A stretch of 64,000 nucleotides of DNA, from positions 42,222,001-42,286,000 of the forward strand of contig OX597828.1 in the NCBI GenBank assembly GCA_951406725.2. Reading direction: 5' to 3'. This DNA comes from Octopus vulgaris (taxonomy: Eukaryota). The notes beneath the pieces are model-generated. The model made no database searches. It was given only the letters and a program-made list of their open reading frames with translations, and was not told the DNA's origin. The translations under genes and the position numbers were made by a program. Positions within the stretch are counted from its first letter, which is position 1; every line of letters begins with the position of its first letter. Of this stretch, positions 41,017 to 55,727 are shown piece after piece.

Positions 41017-41337
41017 TCCAAAATGGAGGCGAACAATTTTCTCCATGTGTTCGGCTTGAAAAAGTTTTAAGACACTTTGATATTTTCCTAATTTTCTTTA
41101 CATGAAACCAATGGTAGCCTTAACTAGCAAATAAAGAAATTATATCCACTAATGCAGTGTTAAGCACTCATTTTCATCGTTCGACATTTATTTACAGACA
41201 CACACACATGTATAAGTGTAATATAACACAAGGATGAAGGATATCAGGCTTTAACAGTACATCACATTTGTTTCTGCATCGTACACGAGCTTTAAGCTGC
41301 TAGGATATAGTCATATACATGCAAGCATGTATTCAGG

Positions 41338-41396
<59 letters not shown>

Positions 41397-41404
41397 TTAT
41401 ACAT

Positions 41405-41450
<46 letters not shown>

Positions 41451-41451
<1 letters not shown>

Positions 41452-41633
41452 CTGTAAATGTAATATGTGACAATTATTCGGTAGCCATGATAAAATTCCG
41501 TGTTTCGGATGCCGAGGTGAAATCTACGCCACCATCTCTTCAGTTATCCGGCCATCGGAATTCCTACCTTGGCATCCGAAACTCGGTGTTTTATCATGGC
41601 TCCCGAATAATTGTCACATATTACATTTACAGA
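41451..41633. mobile_element. Fold-back element with ~70-bp arms, containing an HHR on the minus strand (41489-41548)
   Basis: Minus strand GAUAA-CUGAAGA-GAUG...CAUCC-GAAAC...UU-UUAUC. The plus arm has GAAAC-UCGGU-GUU-UUAUC. Confidence 0.75.
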
Positions 41634-41686
41634 TAAATTCCTCTATTTACATAATATCGAGGTCTCTTTCTCTCTTCTGTTGTCTT

Positions 41687-41753
<67 letters not shown>

Positions 41754-41849
41754 CGGGAAGCTTTATGAAAATAAACAAAAGACGAAGGCAGGTGGAGTAC
41801 AAACAAACTATTGTATTAGTATGGCGCTCAGGAATATAAATAAAACAAG

Positions 41850-41887
41850 TCTTTTACGTTTCGAGCCTACGCTCTTCAACAGAAAGA
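41850..41887 (-). ncRNA. Minimal HHR motif, CUGUUGA core, in short element ~41752-41925
   Basis: UCUUU-CUGUUGA-A-GAGC-GUAG-GCUC-GAAAC-GUA-AAAGA. Confidence 0.6.
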
Positions 41888-41941
41888 TACACAGAAAAGA
41901 AACACAGAGAGAAACAAGGAGAGATATATACATATATATAT

Positions 41942-41996
<55 letters not shown>

Positions 41997-42004
41997 TTTG
42001 CATG

Positions 42005-42056
<52 letters not shown>

Positions 42057-42646
42057 CATACAACTACTTAAATATATGTCAGTATTGTCTGTGCCTTTGT
42101 TATTCTTTAGTTCATATTAATTCGTGCCTGGGAGAAGATATTCAATTCGTGTGCATATGCAGTTTTCTGTGTGCATATCTGTGTATGACTCTGCATGTCT
42201 GTCCGTTCTATCTTTATTCGCATTTACGTGTATGCTTATATATATATATATGCATGTGTGTGTGTGCGTGCGCGGTCGTTTGTGTGCGTATGTGTGTGCC
42301 CGTGTGTCCAAAATCTGCTTCGTTTGTCGTTTGATATGTTCCATACACGTCACATCATTTACTGGCATTAAAGAGACGTCAATGACAGAATCATGACCTG
42401 GCTTCATAGTGAAACGTCTACCAATGACGGCTGCTTACCATTCTCAGGTTCCTGGCTGATAATGTTACTTCTTGAGGGAAAGCTGACTCACTCTGCAGCA
42501 TTCACCAAGAATATTGCCGTTTTTTAAATTGATACGTGTTGATTTTTTTTCTTTCTTTTTCTTTTTTGTTGACTTTTGTTCATATTTGCTTCTGTTCTAT
42601 TCTTTTACCACTAGTGGAATAATCTGCTTAACACAAACACGCACTA

Positions 42647-42792
<146 letters not shown>

Positions 42793-42920
42793 GAGTGGAG
42801 TCGAACGAAGATGTTAACAAAATTCCTTTACTCTCGACACATGTTTCGAAGACAGCATGTTTTCATTCCAAAGGAATTTTCCATGCTGACGATAAACATA
42901 GGATAATTCATTCACCTACT

Positions 42921-42992
<72 letters not shown>

Positions 42993-43183
42993 TTTAATGT
43001 ATGTATATATGTATGTAATGACTAGCATGGCCGCAGTCCTGCGAGGGAAACAAAGGGAGGTAAATTATGTATACACACATGCATATATATATTCATAGAT
43101 ATATATATATACATACTTAAATCATTATATATGCATATGCATTGACATGTATAGACCTATGAGTGAGTGGATATGTACAGGTA

Positions 43184-43219
<36 letters not shown>

Positions 43220-43281
43220 ACTATCTATCTTCTTGTCTATCTATCTATCTATCTCTATCTCCCTCTCTTTCTCTCTCTCTC

Positions 43282-43403
43282 TTTTTCACGCTCCTTTTTG
43301 ATCGGAATTTTATTTTTCTGCTTTTTTTCTATTTTCAAAAAGAAAAGCCCTACATTGTATTTTCTCCCCTCTGTGTTCGGCCCTGTGTGGCTAATAAAGA
43401 AAC

Positions 43404-43404
<1 letters not shown>
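43282..43404 (+). mobile_element. Tx1-like LINE extreme 3' end within (TATC)n
   Basis: Homologous to the reverse complement of 49535-49650. Ends GCCCTGTGTGGCTAATAAAGAAAC followed by (TATC)n. Confidence 0.75.
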
Positions 43405-43481
<77 letters not shown>

Positions 43482-43686
43482 ATCTGTCTGTCTATTTATT
43501 TATCTGTATGTGTGTGTGAGTGTGTGTATACACACACAATTTTTTTATTTTCGCAGATATCCACCAAACGCTGGTTTCAACACCCATATATACACACACA
43601 AAAAAACATTTATCAATAAACATATACGTCTGTGTAGATATTATACCTATGTATATATGTGCACACGCATATGTATATATATATAT

Positions 43687-43746
<60 letters not shown>

Positions 43747-44080
43747 GAATGTGTGCCTGTACGTGTTGCAATATATATTGCTGTGTAGTAACCACACATA
43801 ACTACTCTTCAACTTCAGGTTTCACGACTGCATAGGAAAGACAATCGTCAGCGGGATGCTAACCGAACTCTTGTATTCAAGTAACAGTTATTTGGTTATT
43901 TAATGCCGTTTGTTCACGATTACACCAAGATTACACATCCGATTGCTGTAATGCCTGGTGATATATCGTTAATGTAACATATCGCATGGAGGCTACAATC
44001 TCATAAATACATATGAACTCACATTCAAATGCATGTCTCTTCCTCTTTATTCTTATATACATATATATATATATACACTC

Positions 44081-44126
<46 letters not shown>

Positions 44127-44145
44127 GCATATATATGTATACTTG

Positions 44146-44201
<56 letters not shown>

Positions 44202-44326
44202 CATATATGTATGTATACACATACACACATTTATACATATATAGACATACATATATGCATATATAGACACACGTATATTTATAGACATATATATATCTGC
44301 ATATATATGTATACATGTACTTATAA

Positions 44327-44381
<55 letters not shown>

Positions 44382-44418
44382 CATACATATATATGTGTGT
44401 ATGTATACCCATACACAC

Positions 44419-44463
<45 letters not shown>

Positions 44464-44994
44464 CATACATATATGTATGAATACACACACTCACATATAT
44501 ACGTACATGGTCAAAGATTTGTAATATACATTGCAACAGGAAATGTAACGAAAAACGTCACGTTGGTTTTGTATGGTAAATACCTTATCAAAAATAAAAA
44601 CACTGGATGCAGTTGTCTTAAAATGCGATATCACAAACATCCGGTATAAAATAAGAACTTCATACTAAATCTGCAAGATGACTTCGTCACTTTAATTAGG
44701 AAGCAGAAATTGTTTAGTGTTATTTAAAAGAAGTATTTCATATATTTTGTTTGAAACACAGACGCAATGTGATTAGTTAATATAAGATGTTTCTCTGTCT
44801 TACGTAAGCTACAAAGTCTTGATCCGTTAATGCATACTACGTGATATAATCATCCTAAAATTGATAAAAGTCCCCCAGTCTCCCTATGATTAAAAGATAT
44901 ATATGATATAACACACACACGTACTCACACACACGCACACACATACGCACACGCACTCACACGGATGCACACACACATATGAATTTGTGCTGCA

Positions 44995-45371
44995 AGTTTC
45001 CTGCTGCTACTACTACTACGACTATCATCAACACCATCACCACCGCCACCTTCACCACCACCACCACCACCACCACCACCACTACTACTACTGCTACTAC
45101 TATTACCAAAAATACTACTACTACTACTACCACCACCACCATCACCACTACTACTGCTACCACCAACACTACTACCACCACCACCACCACCACTACTACT
45201 ACTGCTACTACTACTACTATTACCAAAAATACTACTACTACCTCCACCACCACCACCACCACTACTACTGCTACCACCAACACTACTACCACTACTACCA
45301 CGACCAACACCACCAACACCACTCCTACCATCACTACAACTACTACCAACACCACCACCACCACCACAACT

Positions 45372-45428
<57 letters not shown>
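44995..45428. repeat. (CAC/TAC)n tract with internal ~117-bp duplication
   Basis: TATTACCAAAAATACTAC at ~45101 and ~45218. Confidence 0.9.
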
Positions 45429-45429
<1 letters not shown>

Positions 45430-45772
45430 TCATTCTATTTGCCAATATTCAAACTATGTAGTATTTTCGTTCTATTCAAATAATTCACGGTAATTTTCAA
45501 GTCCAGTCTAAAAGATAAGATGATGCGTAATTATATTTGTATACAATAATCTCATTGAAATCAGATTAAAGATTATCTCTAGCCTTTGGTCCGGGAAGAA
45601 ATTAAAGGTTAAGTTTCTGTAAATAATTTAGAAGATTTAATCCTCCTATCCAGTCCACCGGTGGGTTCGATGACAGTGGAAGGATTGGCGGAATATGTGA
45701 AATGCTCTTTTCTTTAATAATGCAAGGATATGTGTCCGCGTGTGCATGTATGCATGTATGTGTGTGTTTGTG

Positions 45773-45817
<45 letters not shown>

Positions 45818-45959
45818 GTATATATGTATATATATGTACGTATGTATATATATATATATATACATATACATATACATATATATATGCATATATATATATG
45901 CACATATATATATGTCTGTATGTATGTATATATGTATATATATATATATGTGTGGGTGT

Positions 45960-46282
45960 GAAAGCGCGTGACTTAGTGGTTAGGGTATTTGGATCGCGAT
46001 CGTAGGGTCACGAGTTCGATTCCCGTCGGCGCGTTGTGTCCTTGAGCAAGACACTTTATTTCACGTTGCTCCAGTCTACTCAGCTGGCAAAAAATTAGTA
46101 GTACCTGTATTTCAAGAGGGCGGCCTTGTCACGCTGTGTGTCACGCTGAATATCCACGAGAAGTATGCGAAGGGGTAGGCGTGTCTGTGGAGTGCTCAGC
46201 TACTTGCACGTTAATCTCACGAGCAAGCTTTTCCGTTGATCGGCTCAGCAGGAATCCTCATCGTCGCCAGTGACGGAGTGCC
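45960..46282 (+). mobile_element. tRNA-derived CORE-like SINE sharing the family C tail
   Basis: A and B boxes, GTGTCCTTGAGCAAGACACTT core, tail as in 56050-56220. Confidence 0.8.
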
Positions 46283-46440
46283 TGTTTTGCTTGTAAATAT
46301 AAGTATGAGGTATGTTCCAATAAGTAAGCTGATGAAGTACGTTCTCTGCGTGTGGCTACCTGACGCCATTCGCAGTTTTTACACAACTGTCGTTGGATCT
46401 ACCTCGGGAATTCCTGAGTGTTCGTTGAGTATATAGCAAG

Positions 46441-46566
46441 TGATAGAGACGGAAAATGTAATATATGTAAACATGTATTGCTCATAACGATCGTTTCGAC
46501 ACATCCAGCATTGATACTGTTATGAGCAATAAAATTTCTCATATATTCCATTTTCCGTCTCTATCA
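46441..46566. repeat. Fold-back with ~48-bp arms
   Basis: TGATAGAGACGGAAAATG..TGCTCATAAC versus GTTATGAGCA..CATTTTCCGTCTCTATCA. Spacer holds half an HHR (minus GAAAC-GAUC-GUU). Confidence 0.75.
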
Positions 46567-46571
46567 TTTGT

Positions 46572-46662
<91 letters not shown>

Positions 46663-46806
46663 AAAGTGTACGTACACCGCTATATATATATGTATAAAAT
46701 ACAAAATGGGACAAGAACGCAAAACATCACCTAATTATCCGGATGCTTTGCGTTATTGTCCCATTTTGTATTATATGTATATATAGAACAAAGTGTACGT
46801 ACGTCG

Positions 46807-46966
<160 letters not shown>

Positions 46967-47104
46967 AGATGAATAATCTTGTTGCAGATTAATCAAAAGT
47001 TTAACCGATACCTTGGTAGCAAAAATCACGGCAGAAGACAGCACGGTTGGAGGTACAACCATATGGTGTTGCAACCGTGCGTTGGTGCGGATAATTGAAT
47101 TTTA

Positions 47105-47252
47105 ATCTTATTAGTGAATTGAAGAAATGGAGTTGAACGAAGATTGAACAGAATTTGGTAAATTGTGGCTTTCGAAACACGTGTAGAATGCAATAAAACG
47201 ATTTCTGTTCAATCTTCGTTCAACTCCATTTCTTCAATTCACTAATAAGATT
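47105..47252. repeat. Fold-back with ~48-bp perfect arms
   Basis: Arms match the GGAGTCGAACGAAG repeat family at 5615, 14225 and 42790. Spacer contains GAAAC-ACGU-GUA. Confidence 0.8.
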
Positions 47253-47261
47253 ATATATATA

Positions 47262-47319
<58 letters not shown>

Positions 47320-47325
<6 letters not shown>

Positions 47326-47560
47326 AACAAAACGCAACAGAGATCATTAAAACATTCGGACTGATAGACGATACAAAGGCGGACAAGAGAAACAACAATT
47401 AGAAGGACGGGCAAAAAAAGATGTGTTTTTCGTCGCTTTCTTTCCTCAGTCAAGTTCTAGAAATCACGACCATTTCGGGCAGTTACACTTGAGATGGTTT
47501 GATCGGGTTTCCCCCAAAAAAGTCTAAGCTAAGAGCATTAGACACCTTTGAAAGAAAGCT
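47320..47560. mobile_element. Dispersed repeat unit next to (TA)n (also ~48498-48705 and ~51215-51450)
   Basis: Three diverged copies in window. Confidence 0.6.
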
Positions 47561-48091
47561 AGAGAATGTGTACGGCAACAACAAAAAAAAAAAAAAAACA
47601 ACAAGCAAACAAAAATCGGAGAACATGGTACACAATTACGAATACAAACAAGAAATAACAATAGGCGCCTTTCAACTGAGAACGAATCAAATTGAGCTGG
47701 TATCTATGAAGTGAAAGCCTAAAGGCAGGAATATAGGAAATGGACAAAAGAGGTGTTGGCGGTCGGCAGTCAGGCCAAGAAAGAAAGATCATGGCTGGCC
47801 GGGCACCAGTCACGTGGAAGTTGGAGAAATGGGTAGGGGGTAGTGGGATTGAAGGATTAGAAAAACATCAGAGACAAAGAGAAAGGTACAAGGGAGATAA
47901 GTGAGTAGGAAATAGTGAGAGTTAAAGAAAGAGAGGGCCAAGACATCGGAGGGAGGTGAGCGAGAAAAGGGGAGAAAATGAGAGGGGGAATAAAAGATAG
48001 AGTAAGAGTCGTACAAAATTTAGATACATACCTACTATAAGGTGAGCACAATGGAGTACGTACGCCGCTATATATATATATATATATATAT

Positions 48092-48309
48092 ACTCTTTTA
48101 CTTTTTTACTTGTTTCAGTCATTTGACTGCGGCCATGCTGGAGCACCGCCTTTAGTCGAGCAAATCGACCCGGGACTTCTCATTTTTGTAAGCCCAGTAC
48201 TTATTCTATCGGTCTCTTTTTGCCGAACCGCAAAGTGACGGGGACGTAAACACACCAGCATCGGTTGTCAAGCAATGCTAGGGGAACAAACACAGACACA
48301 CAAACACAC

Positions 48310-48378
<69 letters not shown>

Positions 48379-48476
48379 TACGACAGGCTTCTTTCAGTTT
48401 CCGTCTACCAAATCCACTCACAAGGCATTGGTCGGCTCGATGCTATAGCAGAAGACACTTGCCCAAGATGCCACGC
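48092..48476 (-). mobile_element. SINE family A, head truncated
   Basis: Family match. Confidence 0.85.
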
Positions 48477-48845
48477 ATATATATATATATATATATATGG
48501 AACAAAACGCAAACGCAATAGAGAACGTGAAAGCATTCGGACAAATAGACGATTCAAAAGCAGACAAGAGAAACAACAATTAGAAGGACAGGCAAAAAAC
48601 AAAAAAAGACGGGTAATTCGTGGCTTTCTTTCCTCAGTCAAGTTCCAGAAGTCACGTCCATTTCAGCCAGTTACACTTATGATGGTTCGATCTGGTTGAC
48701 CCCAGTTTGAGGTGACTAGGTTAAAAATGGATGATGTATTGGTAGTACAGAAGTTTAGAGTTTGCGTTGGAGTGGGTTCGTTGAGATGACATCAAGTACG
48801 GTGTTGATGTCTATGTATATATATATATAATATATATATACATAG

Positions 48846-48876
<31 letters not shown>

Positions 48877-48877
48877 T

Positions 48878-48943
<66 letters not shown>

Positions 48944-49137
48944 GGATGGATGGATGGATGAATGGATGGATGGATGGATGGATGGATGGATGGATGGAAG
49001 TGTACTTTGCTAAATTGATAGATTAATAGGTAAGTAGATAACAAAGATTTATGCAGAGAAGTAGTTTGATAAATAGATAAATATGACGTATAGTATGATC
49101 AATAGACACGTGGAAACAAAACTATGTTTATACATAG

Positions 49138-49208
<71 letters not shown>

Positions 49209-49234
49209 TATATATATATATAAACACACACAAA

Positions 49235-49446
49235 CGAGGGAGTGCTGAAAATTTCCTGACTTTAAGGATGTTGCGAAAGGCTTAGTTAGGCCCAAACCTG
49301 CGAGATTTTTATAGGGCTTAGAAAAACCGAAGGACCACTGCAATAAGTGTAAATTTGAGAGAGGAATATGTCGAATAAAATCATGATAAATTGATCCGCA
49401 TGCATTCTCTTTTACCCAAGGCCTGGAACTTTTCAGCACGCCCTCG
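49235..49446 (+). mobile_element. Mariner-derived MITE
   Basis: TIRs CGAGGGAGTGCTGAAAATTTCC / GGAACTTTTCAGCACGCCCTCG followed by TA. Internal remnant of the transposase C-terminus (NKC...GEYVE*). Confidence 0.85.
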
Positions 49447-49447
49447 T

Positions 49448-49534
<87 letters not shown>

Positions 49535-49535
<1 letters not shown>

Positions 49536-50148
49536 GTTTCTTTATTGGCCACACAGGGCTGCACAAAGATGGGACAAGTTACAAGGTAGAGCTTTTCTTT
49601 GGGGGAGAAAAAAAAGGTGGCGTAGGTTTTCGATCAAAAGGGATCGTAAAAGGGAAAAAAGAAAAAAAAAAAAAGAAAAGAAGAAAAAAAAGGAAAAGAC
49701 AAAAAGAAAAAAGGGAAAAGGAACAAAAGAAAAGAAAAATGAAAAAAGAAGAAAAACGAGGAAAAAAGGGGAAGAGGAAAAAATGATCAATAGGGATCGT
49801 GTATCACAGAAATGTCATGATGTATGGTGTAAAGGGGAAAGCAAGTAAGGTTTATCCGTGGGAAGAAAAGCCTACGAAAAAGACCACGGTAACCTTGGTC
49901 AATATTGTTATATGTTACCACATTTGTTTGCAAGTGGGTAACCCTCTGTTTTCAATTTCTGGGTTCATAGGATTATGCTCAAGGTGGCTTCGTCATTCAT
50001 ACGTGCCATCCTTGCTACATTCACCCATCTTTTTTTAAAACGTTCGCTAGACAAAACTTGCCTCTCTACTCTCACTTTCCTTTTCAAGTGGTACTTGAAG
50101 AAGTTGATGAGAGATTGACCAGAGAGGAAAGTGTTTGTCTCCAATCCT
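49535..50148 (-). mobile_element. 5'-truncated L1/Tx1-like LINE in a (TAGA)n array
   Basis: Uninterrupted GLETNTFLSGQSLINFFKYHLKRKVRVERQVLSSERFKKRWVNVARMARMNDEATLSIIL* (50147-49965), then 3' UTR with AATAAA. Pure (TAGA)n on both sides. Confidence 0.85.
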
Positions 50149-50151
50149 TAG

Positions 50152-50272
<121 letters not shown>

Positions 50273-50961
50273 CTGACAGACAGACAGGCCGATAGTGAAA
50301 CAGATTTATGCCTTTATCGATAAACTATCAGACGAAGAGAGAAATATCGATCGTGTTTTCTTCGCGATATTACAATTTTCCACCGGTCACGTCCTTCTCT
50401 CTGATCTATAACTGATTCAACATGCAACAAAAGAAAGAACGATATATTTATTAATGGCCGTCTACCTTCTTTTCAGGCGACACATTCATAACTTAAACGT
50501 TACCTTTGTTTGTTATTAATTAATTACAACATTGCTTATCAAGTGAACGGTCTTAATGGGATTACCTTAATCCATTTATATTTTCAATAAATACTCTAAT
50601 ATCCATATCCCCCTTCATGCTATTTCTTCTATTCTTATTGTTTGTCATTTTCTTTATTTCTTCTTTTTTGTTGTTTTTGTTTTTGGCTAAATACAATCTC
50701 TCTTGTACACTCGCAGCTCAAACTCACACTCACTCTCTTTCATTCATGCAGTCATTGATCCACTCATTCTCTCTCACAACCTTTCACTACTTCACTCATT
50801 CTCTCACTCGTTCATTCTCTCATTCAACCAGTCATCCATATCACACTATCTCTCATTTCTTTGCTAGTTTCTGTATATCATTAAAATCTGACATTTGCGT
50901 GCATATTTTGAAGCCCTTTTTCTTAACCGTCTGTCTGTCCCTCTGTCTCTCTGTCTCTCTG

Positions 50962-51035
<74 letters not shown>

Positions 51036-51036
51036 C

Positions 51037-51088
<52 letters not shown>

Positions 51089-51676
51089 GCCTGCCTGTCT
51101 GCCTGTACCTACCTACCTACCTACCTACCTACCTACCTACCTACCTACCTATCGATCTATCATTCTATCTATCTATCTATCTATTTATTTATTTATCTAT
51201 CTATATATATAAAGTACAAATGGGACAAGAACGCAAAACATCCGGACAGCTAGGTGTTACACAAAGGGACAACAAAACAACCAGATAGACGATACAAAGA
51301 GAACAAGGACGGGTCATTCGAAGCCCTCTATTCTCAGACAAGCACCAGATTATCCTCGCAAATTCGGCTGATTATTCTTGATATTGGTCCAATCTCGCCA
51401 GCCCCAAGGAAAAACTAAGCTAAGAGCATTAGATTCCTTGGAAGAAAGCAGCGAATGTATACAAAAGCAAGAACGGAAAAACGGACAAATTACACAAATA
51501 TAAATACAATAATAAATACAATAAAAATAATAACAGGACATAACAGGTGTCTTTCGACTAAGGACAGACTGTATAGTGAATCCAAACAAAGAAGAACAAG
51601 CATGAAAAATCACAATAACGCGAGGACGTGGTGCAAGTAGTGTATTATCAGACGCTCAGGAAAGGAAAGAAAGAGG

Positions 51677-51710
51677 ATTTAACGTTTCGAGTAAAGCTCT
51701 TCTTCAGGAA
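51677..51710 (-). ncRNA. Minimal HHR motif in short element ~51600-51785
   Basis: CUGAAGA-A-GAG-CUUUA-CUC-GAAAC-GUU. Confidence 0.5.
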
Positions 51711-51783
51711 TAGAGGTAAGTCCAAAAGAAGGGAAGACGGAGGAAGAAAATCCCCAACGATTCATACGTGGTTACATTTTGAA

Positions 51784-51937
<154 letters not shown>

Positions 51938-52029
51938 GTGAAATTTGATTTAGTATTTCTAAATTGAATTTTTTTTCCTTGAATTTTCCTTAAGTTTTGG
52001 ATTTTATTCCCTCAAAAATTAATTATATA

Positions 52030-53183
52030 TCTTTATATATATAAAACTGAGAATGTGTGTCTGTCTGTCTGTGTGTTTCCCTAAACCTTGAGAACTATAC
52101 AACCAATTTCATTCAAATTTTACACATGCCTTACTTAGGGTCCGGGGAATGTCATCAGCAAAAACAATTTTAAACTTTTTGCCTAGGGCGAGCCCACAGC
52201 AATATCATATCTTCTCCACTACGATTCCCTAAAACTTGAGAACTACACAACCAATTTCATTCAAATTTTACTTAGGGTCCGGAGAGTGTCATGGGCAAAA
52301 AAAATGTTCAACTTCTTGCCTAGAGCGAGCCCATAGCAATATCATATCTTCTCCACTATTTCAGTATTACGTATTAATAGTGATACAAAAACATTTCTCT
52401 ATTTTATGTCAGATACTTTCACTTTAACAATAAAAATAATAACAATTGAATTATATGTAGTAAGTAATAATTAAAACCAAACTAAAGTATAATATAATCG
52501 TAACATAACAAAAGTAAAAATAGCAATTGGTATAAAATTGCATCAATGACTTGAACTTGAATAAGTGGTTTCACATGAATGGGAATAAATTAAAAATAAA
52601 ATTAGCGTGCAGGAATGGAATACTCCAGATGGATAATAAAAAATTAAATTAAAGAAAAGATTATTGTCTATAAAGTATACAATGTAGAGAAAAAAGAAGA
52701 TTTGAACACATGGAGGAAAGCACCTTCGAAAAGTGTCTTGGTGCGACTATGAAAGATATCTAATCAGAAGCGGTAAATTCGCCACAATAGAAGCAAGGTT
52801 CGGGTCAACGGAGCGTGCAAGGGAGTACTGGACTCGAACTTGCAAAGTGGAAATATTTTATTTTTACCTTTATATCTGGGACATAGGACGTCCTGGAAAA
52901 AAATTAAAATGCCCCCCCCCCCAGAAGTAGAGGTAGGCTGGAATGTAGCCACACTTCTATACAAGAGGGAGGACAAGATACAATTGATCGAAATTACAAG
53001 AGGCGAGCTAACGATTCCAGTCTGTTATATATTTTGAGTATTGTTATCACTAGCGATATCAAGATATAATTTTGTATTTTGGATTTTATGTGTAGATGCA
53101 TATATATAGATGTACATGTAATATGTACACATATATACATGCACTAGCACTATGGCCCGGCAACGACGGGTCTTTAATGTTAG
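52030..53183 (+). mobile_element. Helitron, second family, with internal duplication and unassigned internal sequence
   Basis: 5' TCTTTATATATATAAAA plus (TGTC)n, ~150-bp duplication (52078 and 52227), hairpin CCCGGCAACGACGGG..TTAG. The 3' boundary is uncertain. Confidence 0.6.
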
Positions 53184-53187
53184 TATG

Positions 53188-53229
<42 letters not shown>

Positions 53230-53429
53230 AAATATGGGAATTTAGTTCACAGGTGATCTAAATGACAAGGTATATTAGCTAAGTGCTGTAACAGATTACT
53301 GGGGCTCCAAGGTCATAGCCGAGACAGTAGTTATGGAGCCATTGCAGATTTCCGATGCAGCGGATATATAATTGTTAAAGAGGACGTCAAACATTAAGTC
53401 AAGGTAAACAACTCAAGTCATATTATAAA

Positions 53430-53823
53430 CTAGCAGTATCGCCCGGCGTTGCTCGGGTTTGTAAGGAAAATAACTATATAAGCATTTTTAGAGATGTAAA
53501 GTATAATAGCCATCTCAATATGGCTAACCACAAAGGGGGGTGTTACTGTAGCTTTTTACGTTCTGGGATTTAATAATACATTTTTAGAGAGTTACTTCCC
53601 TTATATTATAGCAAAAAATGCATTAAAAATGGGAAAAAATGATGGAAAGTTTTTTTTTTAATCGTAGACTCATCGTAGACTAGCGCTAATACCCAGAAGG
53701 GCTCGATATGAATCACGACTATAAGATACCCGCTTTTGATTACACTGCACCGCAAAATGTGGGAGTAGTTAGGAATCTAAATCGTAGGAGACAGACACAC
53801 AACTTCACTTTTATATATAAAGA
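53430..53823 (-). mobile_element. Non-autonomous Helitron
   Basis: Reverse complement of the 11354-11749 family, both termini present. Confidence 0.85.
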
Positions 53824-54352
53824 TTATTTACAGGAAGAAGTTCAATTTTTTTTTACCCTATTATTGTATTATGTTTTACTCTATATTCTTCTACCACCTC
53901 GTATTCTCTCTTATCTTCTCGGCTACCCCATACACAATTCTTACTTTATCATTTAGCCAATCCTTAAAATCCCCCCCCTACCTCACTCTATTCACTCCAC
54001 ATTCTATTTCTTTTCTTTTCTTTACATTTTATCAATTATCAGCCTCCTCCGCTACCATTCTGTTATCGAACGTTGATATGTTCGCGTCGTTTTCATAGGA
54101 TGTCTACTATATCAGGATTTTAACCCACATGGATATACGCAGGATTGCACCTAAGGACTTATGCTCATGGATCTATGCAGGATTGCACCAAGGACTCATG
54201 CTTTGGTTTCTATAACTTCGGAAAGTTGAACTATGAACTTTTCTACCTCTTTTTCGTCTCTCTTTCCATCCCTTTTTTCTTTTACTCTCTTCCTCTATGC
54301 TGTCCTCTTATTGATATATTCCATCCTCTTTTTACATATTTTCCCCCAATTT

Positions 54353-54408
54353 GTCTCTGATGACGGAATATCTCATACTCGAGGATATCCCAGAAACAGC
54401 TGTAAGAT
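54353..54408 (+). ncRNA. Type I hammerhead ribozyme, canonical core
   Basis: GUCU-CUGAUGA-C-GGAAUAUC...GAUAUCCC-A-GAAAC-AGCU-GUA-AGAU. Confidence 0.7.
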
Positions 54409-54483
54409 TTTGAATTTCTTCCTGTAATAATATTGTATATGACTTGAGATATTTGCCTTGCCTTAATGTTTGACGTCCTGTTT

Positions 54484-54543
<60 letters not shown>

Positions 54544-54630
54544 AGAGTTTACGAAAAAAACAAAAGACGAAGACAGGTGGTGTACAAAACAAACAGATGT
54601 ATTAGTATAACGCTCAGGAATAGAAAAAGT

Positions 54631-54666
54631 CTTTTACGTTTCAAGCCTACGCTCTTCTACAGAAAG
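54631..54666 (-). ncRNA. Minimal HHR motif, CUGUAGA core, in short element ~54541-54705
   Basis: CUUU-CUGUAGA-A-GAGC-GUAG-GCUU-GAAAC-GUA-AAAG. Confidence 0.55.
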
Positions 54667-55094
54667 GGACACAGAAAAAGCAAGGAGAAAAACAAGGAGA
54701 GAGAAAAAAGGAGAGAAAAAAGGAGAGAAAAAAGGAGAGAAAAAAAGGAGAGGAAAAAAGGAGAGAAAAAAGAGAGAAAAAAGGAAGGAAAAATATATAT
54801 ACACATATATATATCACGTGATCACGTGACCGACCAGATCATCAGATGTTGTTACACATCGCTGGTCACAATGCGTTCGCATTGTTTTAGCCCTCGAATG
54901 ACGCCACCCGCTGGCTAAGCGAGCAGGCCAGTATATATATATATATATATGTACAAGAAATAATATTTTTCTCTTATTATAGAAACAAAGGGGTTTATAG
55001 GACTGCAAAAGAAGTGCTCAAATATAAATGCATCTATTGCATCTATAAATAGAAGTAAGTTAAATGGGAAAAAGGCACTAGAGATGTCCTTCTG

Positions 55095-55727
55095 ATGGAA
55101 ACCCTGGTTCTGGGCAAGGTAAGTTATGATACGCGTAGGGTTAGTGATGCCAACATTTTGCTCCCACCTGGTGTATCGAACCCCAGTAATGAGGGATGTG
55201 AAGGAGTGAGTATGGGAAACCTAACAAGTACTGTTAGTGGTAGAAATAAGGTTAGGGATGGCCCTAGGAAATCATGCAATTTCAGAAACCATAGATTATG
55301 TCCACTTGACGGGTTCTGTCTAATTACTAATGTAATATATAAATGCGTTGTTAAGGATAATTTAAATAAGTTTTATATAGGTAGTACAGTAAATTCTAAG
55401 GCAAGATATAGGGCCCACACGAACTCGTTCTCGAACGAAAAATACTGTAGCTCTACCACACTCGCATCTTATTTACACAATCTAAAGAGGAATAATAAGA
55501 GTTATTCTTTAGAATGGTCCGTTATTTCGAGAGCCCCTTACTTCAGAGTAAATATAAATAAGTGTAAATTGTGTGTAGAGGAATCCCTTACAATTCTTAA
55601 GTCTTTGGGGCCAAAAACTTTAAATAGATTTACTGAGGTGATCCCTTTTTGCAATCATAGATTTTCGTCCACTTTTTTGAAAGTATATAGAAATATAATA
55701 AAATTATTTAGCGTTACGGGGATTTGA
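55095..55727 (+). CDS. GIY-YIG endonuclease domain of a 5'-truncated Penelope-like retroelement
   Basis: 210-aa open frame with CPLDGFCL..VIYKC..FYIGST..RYRAH..SF..CKLC.EE..IL..LN..C.H motifs. Upstream linker-like NINASIASINRSKL is in a shifted frame, and no RT is present. Confidence 0.85.
   Translation: METLVLGKVSYDTRRVSDANILLPPGVSNPSNEGCEGVSMGNLTSTVSGRNKVRDGPRKSCNFRNHRLCPLDGFCLITNVIYKCVVKDNLNKFYIGSTVNSKARYRAHTNSFSNEKYCSSTTLASYLHNLKRNNKSYSLEWSVISRAPYFRVNINKCKLCVEESLTILKSLGPKTLNRFTEVIPFCNHRFSSTFLKVYRNIIKLFSVTGI

Noticed and set aside
47425-47480. Minus-strand CUGAGGA...GAAA in the 47320/48498/51215 family
   Set aside because: The intervening sequence cannot form stem II, and GAAA is not conserved in the other two copies.
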